A DNA stretch of 64,000 bases, from positions 45,138,001 through 45,202,000 of the forward strand of contig NC_086097.1 in NCBI RefSeq assembly GCF_963921235.1, written 5' to 3'. A model generated the notes under the pieces. It did not search any database. It was not told where the DNA came from and was given only the letters and a program-made list of their open reading frames with translations. The stretch is from Mobula hypostoma. Taxonomy: Eukaryota. A program made the position numbers and the translations under genes. Positions 53,443 through 64,000 of this stretch are shown here, piece by piece (the stretch's first letter is position 1; each line of letters starts with the position of its first letter).

Positions 53443-53765
53443 GCGCCTCTTCCTATAGATGCTGCTTGGCCTGCTGCGTTCACCAGCAACTTTGATGTGT
53501 GTTGCTTGAATTTCCAGCATCTGCAGAATTCCTGTTGTTTACATCATTTCAATGTAATTTTCTACTTCAACCATTGAGATCCCTATACTCACTGAGTCTG
53601 ATTTCAGACAAATGCAAATTATATAACATTAGAAGGTTGGGTCTTTACATCTGTGCAGTTCACCCCCCAACAATCTACCAACAGCAGTTCTAACCTATCA
53701 GGTTAAAATATTGACTTCTGGAAAAATAATTCCTTTAAGGATTGAAACCATTACTTTCTACACAA

Positions 53766-55614
53766 CACACACAAAATGCTGGAGGTACTCAGCAGGCCAG
53801 GCAGCTTCTATGGACGAGAATATAGTCAACATTTCGGGCCGAGACCTTTCATCAGGACTGGAGAAAAGGAGATGAGGAGTTAAGAGTTAGAAGGTGGGAG
53901 GTGACGGGGGAGGAAGAAACACAAGGTGATAGGTGAAACTGGGAGGGGGTGAAGTAAAGAGCTGGGAAGTTAATTGATGAAGGGGATACAGGGCTGGAGA
54001 AGGGGGAATCTGACAGGAGAGGACAAAAGGCCATGGAAGAAATGGGGGAGGAGCACCAGAGGGAGGTGATGGGCAGGTAAGGAGATAAGGTGAGAGAGGG
54101 AAAAGGGAATGGGGTATGGTGGGGGGGTGGTGTTGGATTACCAGAAGTTTGAGAAATCATTGCTCATGCCATCAGGTTGGAGGCTTCTTAGACAGAACAT
54201 AAGGTATTGCTCCTCCAACCTGAGTGTGGCATCATCGTGACTGTAGAGGAGGCCATGGACTGATATGTGGGAATGGGAAGTGGAAATGAAATGGGTGAGC
54301 ACTAGGAAATGTCTATTATAAACACACTGACTCTCACAGCTACCTGGACTATGCTGTTTCCCACCCTGTTACTTGTAAAAATGCCACCCCCTTCTCTTAA
54401 TTCTTCCGTCTCTGCCACATCTGCTCTCAGGATGAGGCTTTTCAATCCAGAACAAAGGAGAAGTCCTCCTTCTTCACAGAAAGGGGCTTCCCATCCTCCA
54501 CCATCAACACTGCCCTCAACCGCATCTCTTCCATTTCGCACACATTAGCCCTCATCCCATCCTCCTACCACCCCACCAGGGATAGGGTTCCTCTTGTCCA
54601 CACCTACCAACCCAGTAGCCTCTGCATCCAGCACATAATTCTCCGTAACTTCCGCCATCTCCAGCGGGATCCCACCACCAAGCACATCTTTGCCTCCCCC
54701 TACCCCCACTTTCTGCTTTCTGTAGGGATCGCTCCCTATGCGACTCCCTTGTCCATTCATCCCTCCCCACCTCCCCACTCCCTCCTGGCACTTATCCTTG
54801 CAAGCGGAACAAGTGCTACACCTGCCCCTACAACTCCCCCCTCACTACCGTCCAGGGCCCCAACCAGTCCTTCCAGGTGAGGCGACTCTTTACTTGTGAG
54901 TCTGTGGGGAGTCACCTACTGTATCCGGTGCTCCCGGTGTGGCCTCCTGTATATCAGTGAGACCTGACATAGATTGGGAGGCTGCTTCGCCAAGCACCTA
55001 CACTCCGTCCGCCAGAAAAAAGTGGGATCTCCCATTTTAATTCCACTTCCCATTCTCATATGTTCATAAATGGCTTCCTCCACTGTCGCAATGAGGCCAC
55101 ACTCAGGTTGGAGGTGCATCACCTTATATTCCATCTGTGTAGCCTCCAACCTGATGACATGAACATCGATTTCCTTGAGCTTCCGGTAATGCCCCCCCCC
55201 CCCACTTCACCATTCCCCATCTCCTTTTCCCTCTCTCACTTTATCTCCTTATCTGTCCATCACCTCCCACTGGTGCTCCTTCCTTTTTCTTCCATGGCCT
55301 TCTGTCCTCATCCATCAGATTGCCCTTTCAACAGCCCTGTCTCTCTTTCATCAATCAACTTCCAACTCTATACTTCACCCCCACCCCACCGCCACTCTGG
55401 TCTCACCTAGTACCTTGTGTTTATTCCTCCCGGGCTCCCAGCTTCTAACTCGGACTCCTCAGCTCTTTTCCCCACCAGTCCTGACGAAGGACCTCGGCCC
55501 GAAACATCCAATGTACTCTTCTCCAAAGATGCTGCCTGGCCTGCTGCGCTCCTCCAGCATTTTGTGTGTGATGCTCGGATTTCCCAAGCATCTGCAGATT
55601 TTCTCTTGTTTGTG
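53766..55614 (+). mobile_element. Older Penelope-like element (Neptune-like), 5'-truncated, with an inverted 3' copy (about 53766-54305 on minus)
   Basis: Remnants of the RT thumb (VYYK.TDSHSYLDY..SHP..CK), a Cys linker (PCKRNKCYTCP) and GIY-YIG (V.YCIRCSRCGLLYI.ET). TSD ACTTTCTACACAA at 53753-53765 and 55615-55627. Degenerate hammerheads at 53824-53859 (-) and 55477-55512 (+). Confidence 0.9.
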
Positions 55615-55689
55615 ACTTTCTACACAATCATCCCTTCCAGACCATCAAGCCTTCCCTGCAATGGTTTAACCTATCATGTTATTTTTCTT

Positions 55690-55920
55690 CAGCATGGTAA
55701 CAGGTCCATCCTGACTAATGGGCCCATGCTATCCCATTACACCTGTGTGACCAATTACCCTACTAACCCACCTATACAGCTTTGGAATGTGGGAGGGAGC
55801 TGGAGCACTTCAAGGAAACCCACATAGGGGAGAGCATACAAACTCCTGACAGACAGCAGCAGGGACGGAGCTCAGCTCTCTGGCACAGTGATAGCGTTGT
55901 GCCAGCCGCCACACCACCGA
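55690..55920 (-). mobile_element. tRNA-derived SINE, decayed
   Basis: Same family as 620-857 and 47130-47385. Confidence 0.6.
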
Positions 55921-57085
55921 GCTGCCCCTTATTTTCTTTGTCACTTTGGTTGTTTGCAACGCTGCCAGGAACAAACACATTTGCAAACAGACCCTTGGCT
56001 CATTACCTTACCAAGCACATTAATTAAAACGGTAACCCCTACAGCTCGTCAGAAAGGCTTTTCCATTTACCCATGTTGTCACTTTTTCCTTCAGCGTTAA
56101 GGTCAATGAGTGTATTTTCAAAATCGACTTTTCTTTTGTATTCATTGCTAATTCAGAGCAAAGGAGGCAGTTGTGCCGATGAGCGATGGCTGCCTGCCAG
56201 GGCCTCTCTGTGATGAACACGTTGCTGCAGTGTTGATATGAATGGGACCGCCAGCAGCATTTACAACAAATCATTTGGCAAGTAGTCTTTAACTTTCTTC
56301 AGGCAAACTCAACCATTGGTACAGTACCATAAACATTATGATTCCCTCACAAATAATTATTGAACTAAAATATTAATTTTTTTAAAAAGCTATCTACAAA
56401 TTAGGAGCTAATGATGTATATTATTTGTGCCATTCCTTCTCAGCCACTGAATAGAGAGGGTACGTCTCAAAAACACTCCTTCATTGATTCATTAGTTAAT
56501 CCATTTAATGACCGGACTTGATCTTGTCATTATGGCAGAGGGAAAAAGCAAAGGGATATGGCTTGATCGCCTTAAACCTGCTCTTAGTCAGCCATTAGAT
56601 GAAAATAATAGAACATAAATTGACAAATTACATTTCAACAAAGTACAGGGTTGTTGAGTTAACTACAAAATGAAATTGGATAATGGCCCGTTCAGATTTA
56701 GGCCCAAGTCGTATTGAGTAAAGACTTGCTAATGTAAGAAATCTTACCTAGGGACTTTACAGAGAAGTTTTATTAATGGTTTCAGGAAATATTGGATCTA
56801 GAATCATCTAGCCTCTCAGCAACAACGTTAGATTAAGGAAATGAAATTAATGAAAAATAATGAAGAAAACTATTTGTGACAGAAAGGAATTGGAGGAGTA
56901 GACCAGAATGATGATGGAACTGCAGATTCTTTCCAATTTACAGAAATAATTCCCAAATGCCCAAAGGGAGGGTACTGCTGGTTTCAGAAACAGCAGGAAG
57001 TTTGCCACTGGTGAGAGAAGGCACGCCACAATGTCAGTAAATCAGGGTTAAGAACCAAGAACTCTCCCACTTGCTTAGTGGAGTT

Positions 57086-58530
57086 TTTTATTGCAGTGCG
57101 CGCGGCCTCTCCGGTGGATGATATCTGTAAGCTGTCTAGTAGGGGACCGTGCACAATTCTGATTTGATGGAGACAGACATGAGAACACGGAGGAACATCT
57201 GGAGAAACTTCTGAAATGCCCGCTTCGCTGCCACTGCTACTGTGTGGTAACCGGAATCTCCGGAGCAGAAGGCCCCGAATCCTCGGCTTTGCTTGTTTCA
57301 GCAGCTGGGGCGAGGTCGAAGGCGCTTGGCAGAGGATGGTGCTCAGGAGGCTGTATCGGAGAGGCTGGTCAGAGGCTCGAAGTTTTCGGATGGATGGACT
57401 CATCCACTGTTGCCGGCTGCTTCCAAGGCACCAGGAAGTTGACAGTGCCTGGAGGTTTATGGCAGGGAGTTTCTCCCTTTTGCCATCTGCTATCAGGGAC
57501 TCGGGAGTCGATCGACTTGGGGACTTTGAGACTTTTTTTTACCGTGCCCATGGTTTGTTCTCCATCAAATTATGGTATTGCTTTGCACTGCTGTAACTAT
57601 ACGTTATAATTATGTGGTTCTGTCAGTGTTAGTATTTGGTTTGTCCTTTTTTTTGCGATATCACTCTGGAGAAACATTGTATCATTTCTTAATGCATGTA
57701 TGCATTTCTAAATGACAATAAACGAGGACTGAGTGTTCTCATAGTCTAAAAAAATCTAGTAGCTTTTGCTGTTTGTTTTATTTATTGTTTGTTTCCCTTT
57801 CAGGGTTCATTTCCTATTCAGTGTTCTTTTGAAGACTGACCCGGAGTTACACGCTGACTACGGTTCTTTGTGGAAATGGGACCTGCTCTCGGGGTTTCAC
57901 GAATGGCCGCTGTTTGGCACGCCAAGGGCTCACCTAAGAGCTTCGCTTGCCTTCGGAGGACCGAGATTTCGTGGCTCTGGAGATGGGGGGATCGGAGGTC
58001 AGTGCCTCTGCAGGAGATCGGTGTATCGTTGGAGACGGAAGATCTCTGGCTATGTGCCCAGAGACCCGAGACCTTTGGGCACAGAGCTTGGAAAAAGCGA
58101 TGAAATAGACTTTTAACATCATAAATCAATGAGTTGTTTGTTATGTCTCCCCTCTTGCTGTGAAACAGAGACATCTCTTTCTCGCTTATTAGGGAGAGAG
58201 AGAGCCTGTGGTATGTTGAATACCGGGTGAACAAGTAATCTTTGGGATAACTGCAAGTCTGTGTCTTCGAGTGCTTGGTGGCGGGTGCCAATACTTTTTT
58301 TTTGCCAGTGGGAAGAGGGAGGATTGTTGCTTGCCGCCGTTTATGCGTGGGAGGGAGGGGAGTTTGGGGGGTGGACTTTGGGGTTCTACAAACGTAATAT
58401 TTAACAGTCATTCATTCTTTGGGGGCACTCCTCTGTTTTTGTAGATGTTTGTGAAGAAAAAGCATTTCAGGATGAATATTGTATACATTTCCCTGTCATT
58501 AAATGTAACTTTGAAACCTTGAAACCTTAT
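57086..58530 (+). mobile_element. Two adjacent GC/CpG-rich non-coding interspersed repeats with retroposon-like 3' tails
   Basis: Abrupt compositional change. Tails are gacaataaac..(A)n at about 57750 and cattaaa..(TTGAAACC)2 at about 58525. No recognisable protein. Confidence 0.55.
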
Positions 58531-59514
58531 TGTATCCATCTTATAACATCGCACATAGTTTCTTTCAACTAAAAAGACAGCCTAAAAGGCATACCAAAAC
58601 TTATTGCACATGTTCTGTAACATAATTAATAGGACATTGGGTTCATTCATACATCTGAAATTTTCCCCAATATTAATCAGGATGTGAGCTTGCATAATTC
58701 ATTTCTTCGCAATACATGTTTTTTCTCAGTCCCATATTACCACAATTTATAGTACCCCTCCCCATCAATACCTTGAGAACACTGCATCGTCTCTGTGCAT
58801 TCATCTGCTTATTCAGCCAACAATCTCGAACGAGCCACAATTTCCTCTAGCACAAATCAACTAATATACTAAAGCCTCACGGTCACACTACTGTGACTGC
58901 TTACTATTCCAGTTTTTGATTCAAAATCAGCCTTCTAACATTTTGTTCCACTCACTGGCTTCTACCTCAGCTCCGCCTCTCACCTGCAATTTCACCATTT
59001 TCAGACTCGACTCTTTCAAACTGCCTCTTCCTATCTGTCACTGCATTCACAACCTCCATCCCCCTTTAATTTCAACATAGCCAAACCCTGCTGGCTGTAT
59101 TCTGTTTTACAGGAGTCCGGCTCACCTTTCACCTCTGCTATTGCTGACCTACATTTATCCTTGGTTCCCAAATAACACTTCTGGCTCTCCACCTTCCTCT
59201 TGTCCTTAAAACCCAAATCTGATAAACCATTCACTCAATTCTCCAACCTCCGGACATGATTTTGTTTTCCATTATCTTTCCACGTTCAAGGTGGTGTATA
59301 AATGTAAGACACTATTAATTAGAATGCAATGTTGCATAACTTGCGTAAGTGAACTTTTATTTGCAGAGTGAAATTTTCAGCAAAGATTATTCAAATACAG
59401 ATCTATAAATGATGTAAATAGCAAGAAATTAGAATTAATATTGGACTCTTTAATGCTAATTCATTTATTGTAAATTTTGAGAAGTCTGAGAATGTGAAAA
59501 TGCAATATATGTGT

Positions 59515-60063
59515 AACATAGAAAACATAGAAAATAGGTGCAGGAGTAGGCCATTCGGCCCTTCGAGCCTGCACCGCCATTTATTATGATCATGGCTGAT
59601 CATCCAACTCAGAACCCTGCACCAGCCTTCCCTCCACACCCTCTGATCCCCCTAGCCACAAGGGCCATATCTAACTCCCTCTTAAATATAGCCAATGAAC
59701 TGGCCTCAACTGTTTCCTGTGGCAGAGAATTCCACAGATTCACCACTCTCTGTGTGAAGAAGTTTTTCCTAATCTCAGCCCTAAAAGGCTTCGCCTTTAT
59801 CCTCAAACTGTGACCCCTCGTTCTGGACTTCCCCGACATCGGGAACAATCTTCCTGCATCTAGCCTGTCCAATCCCTTTAGGATTTTATACGTTTCAATC
59901 AGATCCCCCCTCAATCTTCTAAATTCCAACGAGTACAAGCCTAGTTCATCCAGTCTTTCTTCATATGAAAGTCCTGCCATCCCAGGAATCAATCTGGTGA
60001 ACCTTCTTTGTACTCCCTCTATGGCAAGGATGTCTTTCCTCAGATTAGGGGACCAAAACTGCA
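59515..60063 (-). mobile_element. Young CR1 LINE 3' end
   Basis: ORF 59609..60064 (QFWSP..RRLRGDLIETYK..) is uninterrupted; (TTTCTATG) tail. Confidence 0.92.
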
Positions 60064-60127
60064 ATTTGTCAAGAAACTTAAATCAACAATTTATACATAT
60101 ATTGTGAAAACTATAACACAATATGTG

Positions 60128-60445
60128 TACGATTGATAAGTTCGTGGCCTAAGGTAGAAGGGGTCAATTTTAGAAAACCTAGCACATTTATTTTTCAACA
60201 TAGTCCCCTCCTACATTTACACACTTAGACTAGTGATCGTGGAGCATATAGATCTTGGACCTCCAGAAAGTGTCCATAGCAGGGGTGATTAATAAGTTCG
60301 TGGCCGAAGATAGAAGGAGATAAGTTATACGGCTCTCGTTACATGCACATGCAGTTCAACTCTTTGAGTGATTATGCAGAAAGTTTGAAGTTAATAACTC
60401 ATCTCCTTCTACCTTAGGCCACGAACTTAACCATCACCCCTCGTA
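60128..60445. mobile_element. Tc1/mariner-type MITE with TA termini
   Basis: The right TIR reads TACGAGGGGTGATGGTTAAGTTCGTGGCCTAAGGTAGAAGG. The left TIR is similar with a short deletion, and a third internal copy starts at about 60281. Confidence 0.8.
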
Positions 60446-60819
60446 ATTTGTTTCTATGTACATATATTAAACATAGTTTTCACAATATGTATAATTTGTT
60501 AATTTAAGCACTAGATCCTTTTTTCAATATGTTTGTAAATATATGTTTGTCATGCTTGTAATGTACTGTACTGCTGCTGTAAAAAAGTTGATTTTTGAGG
60601 CATTTATGTTCTCTGTAATGTATGCCGATGCGATAAACTTGAACCTGAAACGCCCTATTGTAAATCAACCCATTATCCAAATGCATTATGCAGGCAAAAT
60701 AATTGGATCAGATCATTTTCACAAATTTTCCATCATAAGTGCCTGATACTACCTGGCAGATCATGAGATGGCCACTGTGCTGTTTGCTGGAGCCCAAAGA
60801 TCATGAAGGAAAATTGGAA

Positions 60820-62075
60820 GAATCAGAATCAGGTTTATTATCATCAGCATGTGACATGAAATTTGTTAACTTAGCAGCAGCAGTTCAATGCAATACGTAA
60901 TCTAGCAGAGAAAAAAATAAAATATAAACAAGTAAATCAATTATGTATACTGAATAGATTTTTTTTTAAACATGCAAAAACAGAAATACTGTATATTAAA
61001 AAAGTAAGGTAGTGCCCAAAGATTCAATGTCCATTTAGGAATCGGATGGCAGAGGGGAAGAAGTTGTTCCTGAATCACTGAGTGTGTGCCTTCAGGCTTC
61101 TGTACCTCCTACCTGATGGTAACAGTGAGAAAAGGGCATGCCCTGGGTGCTGGAGGTCCTTAGTAAAGGATGCTGCCTTTCTGAGACACCGCTCCTTAAA
61201 GATGTCTTGGGTACTTTGTAGGCTAGTACCCAAGATGGAGCTGACTAGATTTACAACCTTCTGCAGCTTCTTTCGGTCCTGTGTAGTAGCTCCTCCATAC
61301 CAGACAGTGATGCAGCCTGTCAGAATGCTCTCCACATTACAACTATAGAAGTTTTTGAGTGTATTTGTTGACATGCCAATTCTCTTCAAACTCCTAATAA
61401 AGTATAGCCGCTGTCTTGCCTTCTTTATGACAACATTGATATGTTGGGACCAGGTTAGATCCTCAGAGATCTTGACACCTAGGAACTTGAAACCGCTCAC
61501 TCTCTCCACTTCTGATCCCTCTGAGGATTGGTATGTGCTCCTTCATCTTACCCTTCCTGAAGTCCACAATCAGCTCTTTCGTCTTACTGACATTGAGTGC
61601 CAGGTTGTTGCTGCGACAGCACTCCACTAGTTGGCATATCTCACTCCTGTACGCCCTCTCGTCACCACCTGAGATTCTACCAACAATGGTGGTATTGTCA
61701 GCAAATTTATAGATGGTATTTGAGCTATGCCTAGCCACACAGTCATATGTGAGAGTAGAGCAGTGGGCTAAGCACACACCCCTGAGGTGCGCCAATGTTG
61801 TTTGTCAGTGAGGAGGAGATGTCATCACCAATCCGCACATATTGTGGACTTCCAGTTAGGAAGTCGAGGATCCAGTTGCAGAGGGAGGTACAGAGGCCCA
61901 GGTTCTGCAACTTCTCAATCAGGATTGTGGGAATGATGGTATTAAATGCTGAGCTATCGTCGATGAACAGCATCCTGACGTAGGTGTTTGTGTTGTGTAG
62001 GTGGCCTAAAGCCGTGCAGAGAGCCATTGAGACTGCATCCGCTGCTGACCTATTGTGGTGATAGGCAAATTGCAA
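60820..62075 (-). mobile_element. Rex1/Babar LINE, 5'-truncated RT, frameshifted
   Basis: [47 protein letters not shown]; (CTGATT)n tail. Confidence 0.92.
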
Positions 62076-62420
62076 TAGACAAGGATATCCTATTCTTTAA
62101 GCACTTTCCATTACGTGGTTGCAAGGCAGGCTTAGCAGAGATGTTACAGGAGGCAGTTCACCTGCACAGCTTATCCCATTGGCTTATCCAGGGCAATGTG
62201 CAATATGCAAATCTCATCACGGTAAAATAGAAATGGTCATGAAACTCCTATCATCTTATTACAACACTTTAAATAAATGTCTAACGCCCAATCCATCATC
62301 TTTAATTAACAACGGACTTGATAGTTGCTAGAATTTTACGATGCTACTGTAACTCATCAACACCTTCCATGTATTTGCAAATATTATTTTTTTCTCTGGG
62401 GAGCTGGGTGAAATGCTTAC

Positions 62421-62477
62421 CTGATCTCCTATTTCTGCCCTGTTTATCTGCCTCTGTTCGCTTAGACGTTGCCTGAT
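62421..62477 (-). CDS. eml1: Candidate EML1 cassette exon, 57 nt, phase 1-1: (D)QATSKRTEADKQGRNRRS
   Basis: Long polypyrimidine tract, acceptor ctttag|, donor CAG|gtaagc. Open and frame-compatible with the phase-1 acceptor at 50710. Confidence 0.7.
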
Positions 62478-63450
62478 CTAAAGGTCCATAAAAAGGTACA
62501 TGTGGCAAAGACAGACAGACAGAGAAGAGGAAAATAAAAGGTAAGTGTGACAGAAGTATGAAAATTTCCAGAAAGAAACGTCTAAAGGTACAATAAATAA
62601 AAGATCAAAGTGTTAAGCAAATGAAAGCAGAGTGGCTCTGAAAGGGAGACAGTATTATCCCAATGCAGACTGCAATTTAAAAACCTCTGAGTAAAGAAAA
62701 GGAGCTCAAGATATATCAAAATAAATAGAGTTAGAGGGTCTCTAATTTAATTTCTAAAAAGCTTTCTAAAGATATAAATACTAATGCATTTTAACTGCCA
62801 TCTTACAGCATTTCTGTTCTGTTTACTTTTGCTGTGCTTGACGACGTGCATTTTGAATTATATTTTATGAACTTATAGTATAACATTTTGGTTTACGTGC
62901 TGTGTGTGATACTGTATGTTGTGTGGGTGCTCCACGGTCCAGAAGAACATTGTTTCATTTGTTGTATGGTATATATGTATAGTCAGATAACATTAAACTT
63001 GAACTTGGATTAAAGTACAACCAAACGTAGATACGATGTTAAAGCTGAGAATGATTCCGAGAATGTTTTAAACCATTGCAATTACTGCTGTATGTACTGA
63101 TTTATACGATAATATCACCTGACAATAGAAAACTCCTAACCTATTCTCAAGAGCACTGCTTCAGCTTACTTTCACCACTAGAATAACCCAGGCAGTGGAG
63201 AAAAGAGGAGTGAACTTTGATTATTACATTTTTAGGACATTTCAGAGTTTAAACAAAAATCTCAATTTCTCAGTTTTGAAAAGAATTATCACTAAACCAA
63301 ATGTGAAGTGTTGCACCTTGGTAGCCCAAATGCAAAGGGACAATACATTGACAAGGGCAAGATCCTTAGGAGTAGTGATGAGCAGAGGATTGGGGTCCAA
63401 GTTCATAGTGTCCTGAAAGTGGCTACTCAGGTTGATGGGTAGTTCAGAAA

Positions 63451-64000
63451 CAGGGTTGCCAACTGTCCCGTATTTGCCAGGACATCCTGTATATTGGGCT
63501 AAATTGGTTTGTCCCATACGGGACCGCCCTTGTCCCGTATTTCCCCCGCTAAGGTAGAGCATTCCTATGAAACCGTTTGTAAGCGGAAATGGCGCAAAGC
63601 GAAGAAGCAATTACCATTATTTTATATGGGAAAAAAAAATTGAGCGTTCCCAGACCCAAAAAATAACCTACCAAATCATACCAAATAACATATAAAACCT
63701 AAAATATCACTAACATATTGTAAAAGCAGGAATGATATGATAAATACACAACCTATATAAAGTAGAAATAATGTATGTACAGTATAGTTTCACTTAGAAT
63801 CGGGAAGATTAAACCAAAACCAATTTGTAGAAAAAAATCAGCATGTACACGCATGCACACGTCACATATGCACACATCACGCATGCACACGTCACATATG
63901 CACACGTCACGCATGCACACGTCACATATGCACACACAGGTGCCTAGGGTTGGCAACTTTCTCACTCCCAAATAAGGAACAAAAGTAGAAGTCAAATACG
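63451..64000. mobile_element. Probable hAT-like non-autonomous DNA transposon running off the window
   Basis: Starts CAGGGTTGCCAAC with repeated subterminal GTCCCG/GGGAC motifs. A second TAGGGTTGGCAAC end-like motif sits at about 63945. Confidence 0.55.
63840..63938. repeat. 15-bp-unit minisatellite (CACACGTCACRYATG)
   Basis: Directly visible tandem copies. Confidence 0.9.

Larger units (their letters stand above)
52458..53538. mobile_element. Young Penelope-like element, 5'-inverted palindromic insertion with TSD
   Basis: Arms at 52458-52946 and 52968-53456 (489 bp each, 21-nt spacer). Encodes the GIY-YIG C-terminus HFNSTSHSHSDMSIHGLLYCKDEATLRLEEQHLIFRLGSLQPDGMNIDFSNFR. TTACATCATTTCAAT at 52445-52459 and 53539-53553. 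Confidence 0.93.
1310..62477 (-). other. eml1: eml1 gene body (partial; extends beyond both window edges)
   Basis: 17 core exons splice in frame with matching phases. The peptide follows vertebrate EML1 as I recall it, from ARPLVQTLPLRPTVNNGTVLPKK to SNSGDYEILY. The N-terminal linker sequence favours EML1 over EML2/3/4. Confidence 0.95.

Noticed and set aside
52506..53489. Mirror-image ORF pairs on both strands as duplicated genes
   Set aside because: They follow from the PLE palindrome; only the GIY-YIG tail frame is meaningful.
63753..63995. Cys/His-rich repeat ORFs resembling metal-binding proteins
   Set aside because: They translate a 15-bp minisatellite.
50711..64000. EML1 coiled-coil exon (…LEQRVQMQEDDIQLLKSALAD…)
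   Set aside because: Searched by eye and not found; presumably beyond 64000.

Overview
Vertebrate genomic DNA with a repeat complement typical of cartilaginous fish, probably a ray (taxon inferred from the repeats). The whole window lies inside one minus-strand gene, eml1 (echinoderm microtubule-associated protein-like 1). I traced 17 core coding exons (50710 down to 1310, 1842 nt, about 614 codons). All have GT-AG boundaries, splice in one uninterrupted frame, and encode the basic N-terminal linker, the HELP motif and most of the WD40 TAPE domain. The first exons (coiled coil) and last exons lie outside the window. I also found two frame-preserving candidate cassette exons (57 and 51 nt), a possible internal-start or poison exon, and a GT-AG U12 (minor spliceosome) intron. 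The introns hold decayed CR1 and Rex1/Babar LINEs, tRNA-derived SINEs, MITEs, a 1.6-kb satellite and several Penelope-like element (PLE) insertions carrying minimal hammerhead ribozyme motifs. The most striking structure is a young, TSD-flanked, near-perfect 489-bp-arm PLE palindrome (52458-53456) with an intact-looking hammerhead in each arm, next to a second inverted PLE. I see no convincing wholly new gene system. Nearly all supplied ORFs are repeat-derived or spurious. Repeat boundaries are by-eye estimates unless a TSD or TIR is quoted.
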